Below, piece by piece: positions 12,544 through 24,994 of a stretch of 64,000 nt of DNA. Source of the DNA: Gonapodya sp. JEL0774. Its lineage: Eukaryota. Every line of letters begins with the position of its first letter. Positions within the stretch are counted from its first letter, which is position 1. The position numbers and the translations under genes are program-made. The notes under the pieces were generated by a model. It had not been told where the DNA came from. It ran no database searches and was given only the letters and a program-made list of their open reading frames with translations. The stretch is taken from positions 124,001 to 188,000 of the forward strand of contig JADIIX010000025.1 of NCBI GenBank assembly GCA_027604505.1, read 5' to 3'.

Positions 12544-14945
12544 ATGAGCATCTCAAACAAACTCGGAATCCAAGACGTCAACTTGTCCGGCAAGAAGGTT
12601 TTCATCAGGTTCGACTGAAAGGGGACCCTCGCGGTCCGGCATTCGTTGTCAACTCTACGTCGGACTTTGTCATTCACGCTCAATCGCCACTCTGTTTCAT
12701 TACTGTCTTTCACATCGCTCTCCATTGTGTCTCTTAGGGTAGACTTCAATGTGCCATTCTCCGATGGAAAGATCACAAACAACCAACGCATTGTCGCTGC
12801 GCTCCCCACGATCAAATACGCTGTTGAACACGGTCAGTATGTCTAGGTAACTAAGATATGGAGCGATCTGTGTCTGGCTTTATTCCAAGGGCCCCTTCCC
12901 TTGCCAAAGGAGTCTGAACGATACTTTTCAGGATCACACAAGGATTGAACGATTTCGAGAACAGATAGGAGAAAAAAGCCCGTGGAAAAGTCCAGTCAGA
13001 AACCCGAATGCAAAACCTCAGCGCGGTTGAAGTGCGCAATTTCATTTGCATGTGTCCCCCCTCCCAAGTGGTTACATCCTCACACATAGGAGATGGAGAG
13101 GCGCTTGACTAGAGCCTCCACGTTACTCTAGCGGCTCACCTTCTTGCAAATCTGCATCCGAATGCGTTTCACATCTTTCCTGACCATACATCCAGGTGCC
13201 AAATCAGTAGTCCTGGCTTCACACCTTGGGCGGCCTGATGGTCAAGTACAGTCCAAGTCCTCTCTAAAGCCCGTCGCGGACGAGGTATCCAAGCTCCTCG
13301 GAAAGCCCGTCACATTTCTTACCGACTGTGTTGGGCCAGAGGTCGAGGCGCGGGTGGCCGCGGCGACTGGTGGGGAAGTCATCCTCCTCGAGAACGTCCG
13401 GTTCCATCTGGAGGAAGAGGGTAGCGTAAAGCTTAAGGACGGGACAAAAGTACGTATTTTGTCTGAACACACAGGGATGTGGGGCTTGGGGTTCCTCGGC
13501 GACTTCTTCGTGGTTCCAGAGTTGACTCATGTTGATGTGCAAGATTCATAAGTACACGGACAACATCAAAGTGGAACCCTATGTTGACATCCTTTCCCCA
13601 TCGACCATTGCACGGAGTTTTCCTTCCCTACCGGTTAACATTCAATTTCGCAACTGAAATTCTTAATGTTCTCTTCCTACCCTTAATCCGTGAATCACTC
13701 CCACCCAACCGCAATTTTCGTCCTCTTGTGTCCCAGAAAACTGCGTCCAAGGAAGAGATCGCAGCATTCAGAAAATCGCTCACCAAACTTGCCGATGTGT
13801 ACGTCAATGACGCGTTTGGGACAGCACACAGGGCTCACAGGTGTGATTATGGACTTAAAGTAGTCGGTGGAAGTCATGCCAATCAGCTGTCTCTCCCTTC
13901 ACTCTCCATGTTTCGCAGCTCCATGGTCGGTGTAGACGTTCCGCAGCGTGCTGCCGGGTTCCTTATGAAGAAGGAGCTTGACTACTTTGCCAAAGCGCTT
14001 GAGAGTCCCGAACGACCTTTCTTGGCGATTCTTGGGGGGTGAGTGGTCGTTGCTGCTCCTAGAATTCGATTTTTTATGGGTCAGGCACTCAGCCGTCCTA
14101 TTTAACGCAGAGCCAAAATTTCGGACAAGATACAGCTCATCAACAATCTCATCGACAAGGTCAACATTCTCATAATCGGCGGTGGCATGGCCTTCACATT
14201 CAAGAAGGTGTTGGAGGACCTCAAGGTTTGTGACGCCCTTCTTATTAAATCCTTTCGGAATCAGAACGTAGTTGCCCTCGCTGATGCTCCAAACTGCTCA
14301 GATCGGGAACTCTTTGTTCGATGCCGAAGGTTCGAAGATTGTCAAGGAGTTGATGGAGAAGGCTAAGGCACGGGGGGTGCAGGTAGTCCTACCGGTGGAC
14401 TATGTCACGGCGGACAAGTTTGCAAAAGACGCGCAAGTCGGAGAGGCAACAGACGAGACTGGGATTCCTGATGGATGGATGGTAGGCACTGTTCCTTGTT
14501 CTCAAGGTGTTCGATGAACTGTTAAGCCGAGGTCGTCCTTGCCGTGATACCACAGGGTCTTGATGTCGGCCCAAAGTCACGAGTTCTGTTCAAGGATGCC
14601 ATACTCTCCGCCAAAACCATCCTCTGGAATGGCCCTGCCGGTGTTTTCGAGTTCGAGAACTTCGAAGCTGGCACGAAGGGCATGCTAGACGCACTCGTCG
14701 AAGTATCTGCTCACGGCGCGACCGTCATCGTGGGCGGTGGAGACACTGCTACAGCTGTTGCCAAGTGGGGTGCCGAGGAAAAGCTCGCACACGTTAGCAC
14801 TGGTGGCGGTGCGAGCTTAGAGCTTTTGGAAGGTGGGTGAATTCATCTGTGGCGTCATTGTTCTCATTCCATAAACGAAACTCTTGACTCTTTGTTGGGT
14901 TCAGGGAAGGCACTCCCTGGTGTGGTAGCATTATCAGACAAGTAG
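12544..14945 (+). CDS. PGK1: Phosphoglycerate kinase, 9 exons
   Basis: [71 protein letters not shown]. Confidence 0.99.
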
Positions 14946-15202
14946 AATCATGGGCATTTTCATTCCCTAGCATGATGTTAAAAACATCACGTAGTTCTTT
15001 TATGACCAACTCAGTGCCGTCGTCAACAAAGTAACTGCAGCGACTTTTGCCTCCCAATAATTGTTGTGTGCAGTCGTACGGATCTGGAGCCGCCTGATCG
15101 GACTCTCCTTTTACTTTTGCGATTCTGGGGCAAGACCTGTAGCAGTACAGCCAGCAAGAACGGTTGAGAAGTCCGGTGCTTTGTAACCGAACTTGTCCAG
15201 TA

Positions 15203-16171
15203 ATGGCTTACACACTGTATTGGGGTCCGCAAAGTGGTGAGATTACCCTTGTTGCTCTGTATGACTTGCAGTTGGAGCCGTTTGTCGATTCGTTTTTCAT
15301 TCCTGTCACCATCGAAAGGTGCTTTCGCCGTAGAAGCGGCACTCGAGCTGAGTGGTGCACAATTTGAGAAAGTTCTTGTTGACGTGGAAAAGCAGGAGGT
15401 GAGTTTTCTTGCTGGTAGGTCCGTGAGAAGTTTCATGTACCTCTAGACGACTTTCCAGAACTTCAGCGATGACTTCAAAGCCTTGAATCCGATGAAGCAA
15501 ATCCCCACATTGAAGGTGAGTATGGTATCAGCACTCTATATTCCGATTCGAAGACCTTTCAAATGCAAACCATGCTCAGCTTCCGGATGGCAGCATTGTA
15601 GGTGCTGTTCTACGCTAATCACCAGTTGCACATTTTGTAACTTACCTGAACACTGGTGATTAGATGACGGAGTCTGCAGCGATACTGCTCTATCTTGCGG
15701 AAGTTTATCCCAACAGGAAGCTTCTGCCTGTATCTGGTGCAGGGAGACCTCTGGCTCTTCGTATTCTGTTCTTCCTGGCTGCCAACCTTTATGAAACGGA
15801 AAGTAGTTCCCTTACATTCTGAAGTATGTAACTGGGATTGCGGTCTAACCACACTAACAATATAGGGTTTGCGCATATACTACCCAGAGCGCTACACATC
15901 ATCCAGTGACTCCTCTGAGATTGAAAATGTGAAAACGGCAGCTGTGAAGCGATTTGAAACCCTGCTGGCGGTGAACGAGACGATGTTCAAGGGACCATAC
16001 GCTCTGGGTGACGAGTTCTCTGTTCTTGATGTCTATGTCTACATGTTGCTGTCGTGGTACCCTGGGGGAGTACAGAAAGTGCTGGACGGATTCCCAAAGC
16101 AGAAACAAATTTTTGAAAAGGTGGATGTGATGCCCCTTGTCACGAAACTGAAAGAAACTTACAAAATGTAA
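15203..16171 (+). CDS. Glutathione S-transferase, bacterial-type, 6 exons (GST-2), paralog of GST-1
   Basis: MAYTLYWGPQS|GAFAVEAALEL...|...LNPMKQIPTLK|LPDGSI|MTESAAILLYL...NLYET|GLRIYYPERY...GPYALGDEFSVLDVY; same five intron positions as GST-1; intron 5 needs a GA donor. Confidence 0.85.
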
Positions 16172-16241
16172 TCATCACGAATAAGATGTGTCTCTAAAAG
16201 AAACTTAGAAAATGTAATCCTGACGAACAATATGTGGCTCT
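16151..16241 (+). repeat. Imperfect 45-bp tandem duplication (period 46) spanning the GST-2 stop codon
   Basis: aaagaaacttacaaaatgtaatcatcacgaataagatgtgtctct (16151-16195) vs aaagaaacttagaaaatgtaatcctgacgaacaatatgtggctct (16197-16241); 6 mismatches. Confidence 0.9.
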
Positions 16242-16546
16242 GAGTTGAAGGACCAAAATGGAATGCTTGAAATGCAGTGAGGGAACAGTGTTACCCTGGA
16301 CCTGGGACCTTGTGCAACCCCGCCCACTCTCCATCGATTATTATATAAGTGTTTTTGATTTGAATGCAACACGCTCCCTCATTCACGTCGCTCCCGGAAG
16401 GGCGGCTGGAATCAAGTGTCGGTAGAAACACGAACAATTTTTCAATTTTCACCAAAACATGCCCAGAGTAAAATCAAAGATGGACGTCGCACTTTCACGG
16501 TAATTAGTTGAAATAGTTTTGGATGGGGGTGGGTGACGAACAAGCA

Positions 16547-17600
16547 ATGAACGCAACTTCATCCGTAAACGACCGCAAAACCCGATTTGATTCGGAAGCT
16601 GCGCAATGGGACTCGGCGAAACCATACTTGATTCCGTGGGCGGATGACGCAGCGAAGACCTTGTTGGTGAGTGACTGGGCATGCAAATCTCCCATTGATG
16701 GACTCACACAAATGAACTGTCTCTCGTCATTTCGGGATGGCTGAATTCTCTGAATGGGCAACTTGAAACATGAAAGTCGTACCTCCCAAAATCCTCCACG
16801 CCTCTTGTGGGCATGGAGCTTGGCTGCGGAACGGGATTGGTCTCCCAGCGGGTCCTGAAATCCGTCGATCCTCGTGTTTCCTTCATCCTGGGCGTGGATG
16901 CTAGTCAGGGCATGATCAGTGCTTTCAACGCCAAAGCGAAAGCGCTGGCACTAGATGGTGGACTCGTCGGGCCCGACGAGGACCTTTCACTGGCAACTCC
17001 ACCGACCGGAATGTATGCGGTCTACTGTATGATTGAGGATGAGACTTCTCTACCCGCGAGCATAGCAGCCACACGGTTTGCGAACATTTTACCTCAACAT
17101 GAATTTGATTTTGTCGTCTCACACATCACGTGGCACCATATTAAAGACTCCTTCGGAATGGCGAAGCAGATATTCCGTATTCTTAAACCGGGAGGTGTGT
17201 TTGTAATAATCGATGTAAGTAAGCTGTGTTATCCGGCGATGTTCTGATGGTTCAATGTTCATTCCCGAACACACCACGCAATACTCAAGTATGAAAAATC
17301 CGACTATTCAATCGAGTTTCACCCTCCTTCCGGACGAACTGAGGTGGAGCATCTTTGGGGATTCTCAAAGACAGAGCTTCAGGAGCACCTAAATCAGGCA
17401 GGATTTGTGGACATTGAGTCTCGAGATGTCCTCAAATTTGAAAGAACAGGGAAGGAAGATGGAATCACTCGTAATGTGAGTTGTGGCTCTGCTTAGTGAG
17501 GGTGCTGCACCAAATGGTGTGAGAAATGGTCTGCATAATCTGAACTTTTCCCTCGTGGCATCAGTTTACCTTCATATCCGTGAAGGGGGCGAAACCTTGA
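16547..17600 (+). CDS. Class I SAM-dependent methyltransferase, 4 exons
   Basis: RFDSEAAQWD N-terminus, motif I MELGCGTG, GVDASQGM, FDFVVSHITWHHI, LKPGGVFVIID; start codon uncertain. Confidence 0.88.
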
Positions 17601-17723
17601 AGAATAGAATAGAGAGTGATGCATCAAAAGTCAAACGCTGTGCTGCCGTTGCGAACATGGGTTGTCTGATATGCTTGCTATCAATGCTACAGTGCTAATC
17701 TTCCGTTATGTAATATCAAACCT

Positions 17724-19154
17724 CTACTGATTGTTGCATCCTATGGCTGAAGCACGGCGGGACTTGGTTTCAGTTCTTTGTGATAGGCTTGCTTTATCTC
17801 TATCTGCCGATGATGCACCTGACACGGCGACTGAGTGCCGTCGTGACCTCGGAGCGTTCGGCGTGCCCGGTTGTGTCGTGTCACCCCTTTCTCTCGCTAG
17901 GTGCTGGATAATTGCGACAGCAGCAAGCTTCAAAGAGCTTTCCTTTGTGAAGCTGTCGACTCCGATGTACGAATTAATGATTCGACCGCATCTCGTTCCA
18001 GTTTCCAAATCAATCTCTGCCGCAATAACGTAACAAGCGGCAACAGATTCAGTGGCCTCCCCTAACAAACAGCAAGGTGGATCTCAGATCAAAACCTGTG
18101 CGACTATATACGAGTAGCTGATTTGCTTTCTTACCACGTTTTACCCTTTGAGCGCTGTCTCGATGCCACGACTAAGAGTTCCTCAAGGAAGATTTGAATC
18201 ACGACAGGAGTGATGAAAATGTCTGCCAAGCATTATTTTACCTGGTGAGCAGATCCATAGAGTCGAGCAACCTCAAGACCCGGATCGGGCACGAAAACCA
18301 TGGAGTGCTTTGATTTGCCTTCGATGTCTCGAGTCCGTTCGACACTTTCAGGTGACACAAAAACAACCTCGCATGAAGAAGGAAACTTTTTGTAGATTTT
18401 GTGAAGAGTGCGCGCTTTGACTAACCAAATTTTCCATGTCAGTACCATTCTGGACAAGGTCTGAAAATATCAAAAGTGTTTACTTACCTTCATCGTTGAA
18501 CGGACACCAATTACCGTGCCAAAGATTCAAAATAACAAAAGACTTCTTCTCCAGTGTGGAATACAATGTGAATGGTTGGCCCTTCGTTGTGATACACTCA
18601 AAATTTGGAGCAACATCCCCGTTCATTTTCCCGTTCAGCTTTGATTGCAATTTTCCTGATAATGAGGAGAGTGAGGCATCAGGGCTTGTATCAATTGCGT
18701 CCAAGATTCGAGGAGCCTGGCTCGGTGTTTCCGTGGGGGGGATGAAGAGGCGAGGTTCTGACGGTTCGTCATAAATGACTGAGTTCGATATACCCGAGAG
18801 GATAGAGTTGACCTCCACGTCCACAAAAGAGCCGGAGTTGGACCTGAGTTTAACCAAGCGTGGCGTAAGAAATGATGCGCTCTTTTCCAGATTTGCCACG
18901 GAAGAGATGTCTCCGGAGCTTCTGGCTTCGGATATAGATGCCCTCGGTTGTCGTTGCAGCTGCATGGGAATAGCCACCTTCTCATCGTTTGTTGAATGTC
19001 TAAAATGAATACCTGCTGACGCTGAATCTTGGCTTGGGCGGTTTGAACCTGCTTGCGATGAATAAACCGAGCTTCCTGGATTTGGATGGATGAAGCTGAC
19101 ACTCTTTCGCCTTGCAATTGGAGGAATGGCCTCGGGCGCTGGTAACTCGGACAT
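17724..19154 (-). CDS. AhpC/TSA peroxiredoxin-like thioredoxin-fold protein A (CPFN motif), long Ser-rich N-terminus
   Basis: GDVAPNF...WHGNWCPFNDE|VKARTL...VVFVSPES...FVPDPGLEVARLYG...AACYVI...GRIINSYIG; 4 exons. Confidence 0.75.
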
Positions 19155-19317
19155 TTGCCAGAATATGCAACGGGAACTGTGGGCAAAATGGGTGCCTTGT
19201 GGTGTGAAACTTGTGGGTGCTGTGAGGGATCCACAACCGATCAGGCGAGTCACAGAACCCCGGACTTGTTACAGATGCGAAGCACTTGGAGCGACAAGGT
19301 GTTCTTTTGTTGATAGT

Positions 19318-20517
19318 TTATTGGATTTTGCATTTCGTATTACTTCTCCTTCCAGAGTGAGATCTATTACTGAGCACACTGTCCGCAGATGATTGGGGAG
19401 TTTCAGCAAAGCGCCGAATTCTATAATGGTTAACCATTGCCCTGACTGCAACCTCCAATGACTCCCGTTTGGTGAAATCTGTGCCCATGAAGGAATGTAT
19501 TATTCTACCTTGAATCTCGCCAGTTTCTGGACTACGCTCTGATGCAATGACGTATGTGCCAGCCAAGGGAATTCGTGTGTCTTCTGAGAAACCATTGGCA
19601 CGGCGTTTGAGGTTCCCACTTCAAAAGCAAGGACTGGTAGCCCAGTGACGTACCTTCTTCATAATAATCTGTCCACTGTATTTGCAGTTTTGCCGCGAAA
19701 ATATCCTCACGGATCGGTTTGGGAACCTGGTCAATGTGTAGTTTCGTCGACAATGTTTCCTTCAGCTAGTTCTGGGAATCGCAGACCCACCCAGAATCCA
19801 ACTCTGTATAAATTACAGATAGCAAGCTTCGGATCTGGAAGAAACACCAACCGAGAGTTGCCTCGATCAAGCTCCTTTGTCTTCTCGGCATTTTGCGGGG
19901 ATATGAAAAGAACTGTGCATCCCTCACTCCTCACGTCCTTCAATGCCTTCTCCACAGACTTTATCTGAACTAAACATTTAACGAGTCACCGCATGTCGGA
20001 GAGGTACTTTGTACACGTGGATTCGACACTTCGAAGTCTCACTTTGACAAAAAGGGCACCAGTTTCCCCTCCAGAAATTCATCATCACGTAGGGCACTCT
20101 GGCTAACTCTTCGTTCAGAGAGAACACCGCTCCCCTGACGCTTGTGAGTTTGAAGTTCGGGGCGACGTCCCCGGTCATTTTGGCTGTTCTCAGAGGACCA
20201 TCCTCCTCCAAGGACAGTGCTTCTGGAAAACCTTGAAACGTTGAAGATAGTTCTGGCGAGCATACACTTGGAATAACCTCCTCGAATATCTTCTTTCGGG
20301 TCTGCAGAAGCTCGTCTGTGGTTGCTCGATCCAGATCTGCCAGTTTTTGCAGCAACAAGTCAGGCTCCCTCGAATTGGTGTGCTCAGCTGTGAGGTTGTG
20401 ACGAGTTTCTGGTGACACTCCTGGGGACGTAGCCAAGTAGGGGGACAGATCGTATGGGGTCTCGCCCGCCAACGAATGGTTAGACGACTTGACAAGTTCC
20501 GGGAAGCTGGGGTCCAT
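19318..20517 (-). CDS. AhpC/TSA peroxiredoxin-like thioredoxin-fold protein B (CPFC motif)
   Basis: GDVAPNFKL...FWRGNWCPFCQ|IQIKS...LFISPQ...FLPDPKLAICNLY...IPLAGTYVI...GRIIHSFMGTDFTKR; 4 exons. Confidence 0.82.
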
Positions 20518-20704
20518 TTGAATTTCAATGGCTGCACACAAAGCGAGAAGGACAATAACTCATGGGTGGTGTGATCAGGACGAAGGTTTGCGAAGCTGCA
20601 TCGAGTCTCCCAACACGCGGCTTCGCACAATGCACACCCGGCATTGATCATCCGTCATTAGAGTTCTTACATAAAAGTTTCGATGGTGGTCCTAAGAGTC
20701 CGTG

Positions 20705-22767
20705 TTATAACTCGTGACCATTCTCCCCTTGCTTCCCATACTGTCTGGCACTATTCAGAAGTTCTCTGGTGGCCCCGGTATCGACTATCCCAGGCAATCC
20801 CTTACCTCCTCCCACACTTCCAAAGACTCCCTTCTCTAAACCATCAACTACCTTCACCAGAACCACGTTTTCGAGAGCGCTCACCGTCTCCGTGAACGCG
20901 GTACGTATCTCGCGCTCGTGTGGGGACGAACCACCAGGAATAACTGCTCCGCATCGATTCACAGCACTGGCAACATCCTCGAGTGCAGCAGAAACAGCAG
21001 ACGCTACGTGGGGTGCAAGGGAAATAAAAGCTAGGTGGCGAAGGTGGTTATAGAGCCCAAAGAACAAGTTATGGAGAGCAGTTGGGAGCGGATACTCTTC
21101 AGCGTTTGGAGTTGATGTTGCACTACCACGGGGAAGCAGGAACTCAGGTCCATCACGGTCAATTGCCTCCACAAGAACTCGAGCGCCAGAACGGATGTTC
21201 CGTTCAACAACTTCCCCTACTCGTGCCTCCCATAATGCACCAGTTATTGTCCGGAGATCACATCCGACCCGGGCAAGGGACACACCGAGATACGCTGCGT
21301 GCGTGTAGAGTGATGCAAGATGTGAAATGTCTGAAATTATGGGAAGGTGCTGCTGGAGGTGGGTGAGGAAGTGGGACGTAAACAAGGTGAGAAACGAGGG
21401 GAGAATTGCGGGGAGGGTTGCGGAAGTAGAGGTCGAGTGTATTGGGGCGACTGCCGCACCCGAGTCCGGGAAAATGGCCCGATATTGCGCAACAGTGTCC
21501 ATAATCTCGTCCCTCGCCACATCCACGTATCGTCGAACCGCATTCACTGCACCCTGTTCGTCTCTCGGCTCGTGTTCTTCGTCCACCCGCTCTGCGAACC
21601 GATGCCACCGGCCGGCGAGCCACGCCGAGCGAAGAGCGTGTTCGGGGAGCGCGGAAGAGCGGCGTAGGTGGCCGACGAGGCGGATGGAAGTTGCGAGAGG
21701 TGTGGGGTGGCGGAAGGTATCGAGAAGTTGTAGAATGGTGGTTTGGGAAAGGGTGGACACCTGACGAGTTGACGGGACGATCGAAAAGTAAGGTGGAGAT
21801 TGAAAGAGAGGCTCGAAAACAGTGGTAATATAAAGAGGCTCCGTCGAAATTGCGCTTGCTCCCCAGGCTCGCTCACCTCCTCGGCGATTTGTCGAACGAC
21901 TTTCGAGTCGGGTGCTCTCAATCTAATTCTTTCCACATGCTGCTGTAAATCCAAAGCCTCGTCGTAATGGCCGTTCCGCGCTAAGGTCTGGAGCAGCTGC
22001 GGCGCCTCAAGTAAATCCAAAAGCATTGGAAGGTGATCCAAGACTAACCCAGCCCGCTCACGCTGTGCTGTGAGGCCGGGACATTTCTCGAGGAAGTCAC
22101 CAATAGAGGACGAGATGGAGTCCAAGGTGTTGGGCAAACGGTCGAGTGCTGCTGTTATCCCTTGAAGAGTATTTCCTACAGACTTGGTGGCCTCGCTCGC
22201 AGACAAAATGGCGGGGTAATCGAGATATGCGAGCTCAGCAAGCTGCGATGAAAGTTGAGCGTGGCGGGAAGCGAGATTTGCGGGCTCCGCGGGGAGTGCA
22301 GAGAGCGGGGTTGACAGCAGGTGGTCCACTTTGTACAAATGCAACAACGGATTCAGACAACCCGGAATTCGTGTATGAATATCCGCAGGGTAGCAAAACT
22401 AGACCGACAACTTACAGAAAGTTATGTACTCCTTCTGCGAGAGAAGCTCTTTGCTCAAGACGAGCCCTCCACCCCCCATAGCTATTGTATTGTAGGGCGA
22501 TGGCGTTTCCAGAAGCATGGCCAGGAGAGCGTCATTCTGAGCTAATGATTGCGGTGGCCCTCTCTCGACTACCTGGGTATGTTCAGGCACCGTTACCGGA
22601 GTTTCTGGATACAAATGTCCGCCAAAAGACGACAACCTCAGATCCTCCGTATCCCGCGATCGATGTGGGGATTTGAGCGCGGAATCCAATCCTGAATCGA
22701 CTCCTACATCGGACGCAATAGTAGCAGCTGAATGAAGATCCGCCACAGAAAGTGAGTGGTGATTCAT
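20705..22767 (-). CDS. COG8: Conserved oligomeric Golgi complex subunit 8 (Dor1)
   Basis: EYITF|LDHLLSTPLSAL, LLDLLEAPQLLQTLARNGHYDEALDL, DTVAQYRAIF, YLGVSLARVGCDLR; start codon uncertain. Confidence 0.88.
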
Positions 22768-23605
22768 ATTTTACGGGAGCTGGGGGGTGACGTGGGGAGG
22801 TGGGGGAACCAGGGGAAGCCGGATTCATACATGACATCCACCCCTGCCAATTTCGCGTGGGGTCAGCTGGCTTTCATATTCATACAATTTAATTCGGCGG
22901 TACGACACGTGGAAACATCTGCATAAATAGAGCGTAGGAATGATTTGGATAATTTGGTGTGCACGCATGGCCCGAACCAAGCTTTCAATTGAGGGTTTGG
23001 AAATCTTGAGTGTGTGGTTTAATCGGAATCGACAATAGGTATCATGATGAGAACTGAGGTTCAGCGTGGCTCTTGGCGACTTCCCTCTAGTGCAGCAGTG
23101 GCCAGTCGTGAACGACCTGGAGGAGGATTAGAAGATGGCCCAGGAACACAAAACACTATGCTGCAGAGATGTGGGCCCTGCAGACTGTAGAGGCCAGCCA
23201 GAGTGAAGTGAAATCCTGGCAGCCAACCCTGTCAACGTTGTGCGTGTGGGGTGTGCAACAAAATCACACCTTCAAAGTAGTGCCTGAATGTTTGCAACTT
23301 GAGAGTAGAACTCTTACGAAAATGGGTTTAATGGAGAACCTGGCCATCAACTTGAAGTATCCAGTGTGGAAGTTTCAGTATTCCGAGGTCACAATCCCTC
23401 TCATAGATTATTAGTAAGCGATATTGAAGAAAAGCTGTGGAAATAGAGAGCTAACAGCTGAACGACACCTCCTTCTCAACTTCTTTGACTCTTTGATCTT
23501 GGCACAAGTCATCTCAGATTTGCGGATACAGCGCATTGCATCTGCCGCTGACACAATTCTGACTGTTCCGTCAAATACACTCGCCTCTACTCTAGTGGCT
23601 AGACG

Positions 23606-24994
23606 ATGGCTCAATCGCATACTGAATCGAAGACAAATGCATTTGACTCGTCGAACGCGACCTTCTTGCACCTCCCGGGCCCTGAGTACAAGCTTGTGGA
23701 TCCTTCGGACATGCCCAGCATTCTTGAGCTTATGCGGGCGCGCTTAAAGGATCCGCCTTACTCCTTTCGACATCCTTTCTTCGATTCGAATCTGGATCGC
23801 GCGCAAGAAGAACTGGAGCTTGTTCGGTTTCTCAGAGCTCGGAAGTATGATGTTGAAAGTGAGGAAACGCCGATCGTGAACCCCAAACCACTCACATGGA
23901 TCTGGACTGGAAATACGTTTTCACAGGAGCATGCAAAATGATTACAGAACACTATCGCTTCCGTTTCGATGTGCTTGGATTAAAGGACAAAGAGTGAGCA
24001 AGTATCAATGATACCCCCGAGCTTTGGAAGAACCTTCTCATCGATCTGCACCTTCCAGAATCCCATACTCCGTCATTCATGACGCTATGGAAACAGGATT
24101 CTTGGTGATTTATCCCACCATGAAAGATCGGGAAGGTCGGCAGATCATCTATGTTCGACCAGGTGAAGCATCTGAGGGTGGCCCACTGTCCCCCAATCAA
24201 GCTGCAAACTGATAAATATGGTCTTAAAGCTAGACTTGACTTCTACAAGCGTGCAGGGATCGACTATGTTCGAGCGCTCTGGGCGTTGGCAAGTTGGGCC
24301 AAGCTCTCTCCTTTGAGAAAGGCCATAATTTCGATTATCGTCGAATCCACAGATGAACAAAACTATCGCTGAGTCAGACGATGTCCAGTTGAATGGTATT
24401 ACACTTTTAAACAACGCCTATGGGGTGACGGTGCGTCGACAGCAGCCCAAACCATTTTGTCCGTGCAGCGTCGTGTTTACCTATCGCAAACTTACTGCTT
24501 TCGAACAGCTCCGAAACTTCAATCCTTCGACAATGAAGCTCATTTTACAAGCTGTTCAAGAGCATCTACCAGTTCGCGTGGTGAATTCCTGACTGACCAT
24601 TTGTTCAGATGAAAGCTTATCACTCTTCTGCAGTCGGGGATGTTTTTGTGCAACGAGCCATTCTTCATTAACATGGTGATGAATTTTATGAAAATATTCA
24701 TGAGAGAGAAGCTAAGACGTAGAATCAGCATTCTTGTAAGTTTCACGACTCACGACTGGTAACTCGGTTTTTCAAGAATGCTCAGACTCCACATGACGCC
24801 ATTCTGATACACAGGGTCACAATGCGCTTCCGGCTCTGAGCTCCCTTCTGCAGTCCTCTGTGACCGGTGAGGAAGGTACCGCAAGGCAGAACACTTTCCG
24901 TGCACGCCTACCAGTGGATTTGGGAGGTACTTTAGACGTAGAAGAGTGGATTCGTACAGGTCAAAATCTTCAAAGAGGACCTTTAGCTCAATGA
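23606..24994 (+). CDS. CRAL-TRIO lipid-binding protein (clavesin/alpha-TTP-like), ~8 exons
   Basis: LVRFLRARKYDVE (CRAL-TRIO N), DREGRQIIYVRP, VQLNGITLL, QEHLPVRV, NEPFFINMVMNFMKIFMREKLRRRI, LPVDLGGT; includes GC-AG intron 24289-24352. Confidence 0.88.

Noticed and set aside
14830..15035. Cryptic peroxisomal (PTS1) isoform of PGK by read-through or alternative splicing, as known in other fungi
   Set aside because: The stop is TAG AAT, not TGA CTA; read-through ends ...HSLA and the nearest alternative acceptor ends ...STK; no SKL-like terminus.
22840..23600. Small gene or transposon remnant between COG8 and the CRAL-TRIO gene
   Set aside because: Short ORFs without motifs or repeats; treated as intergenic.
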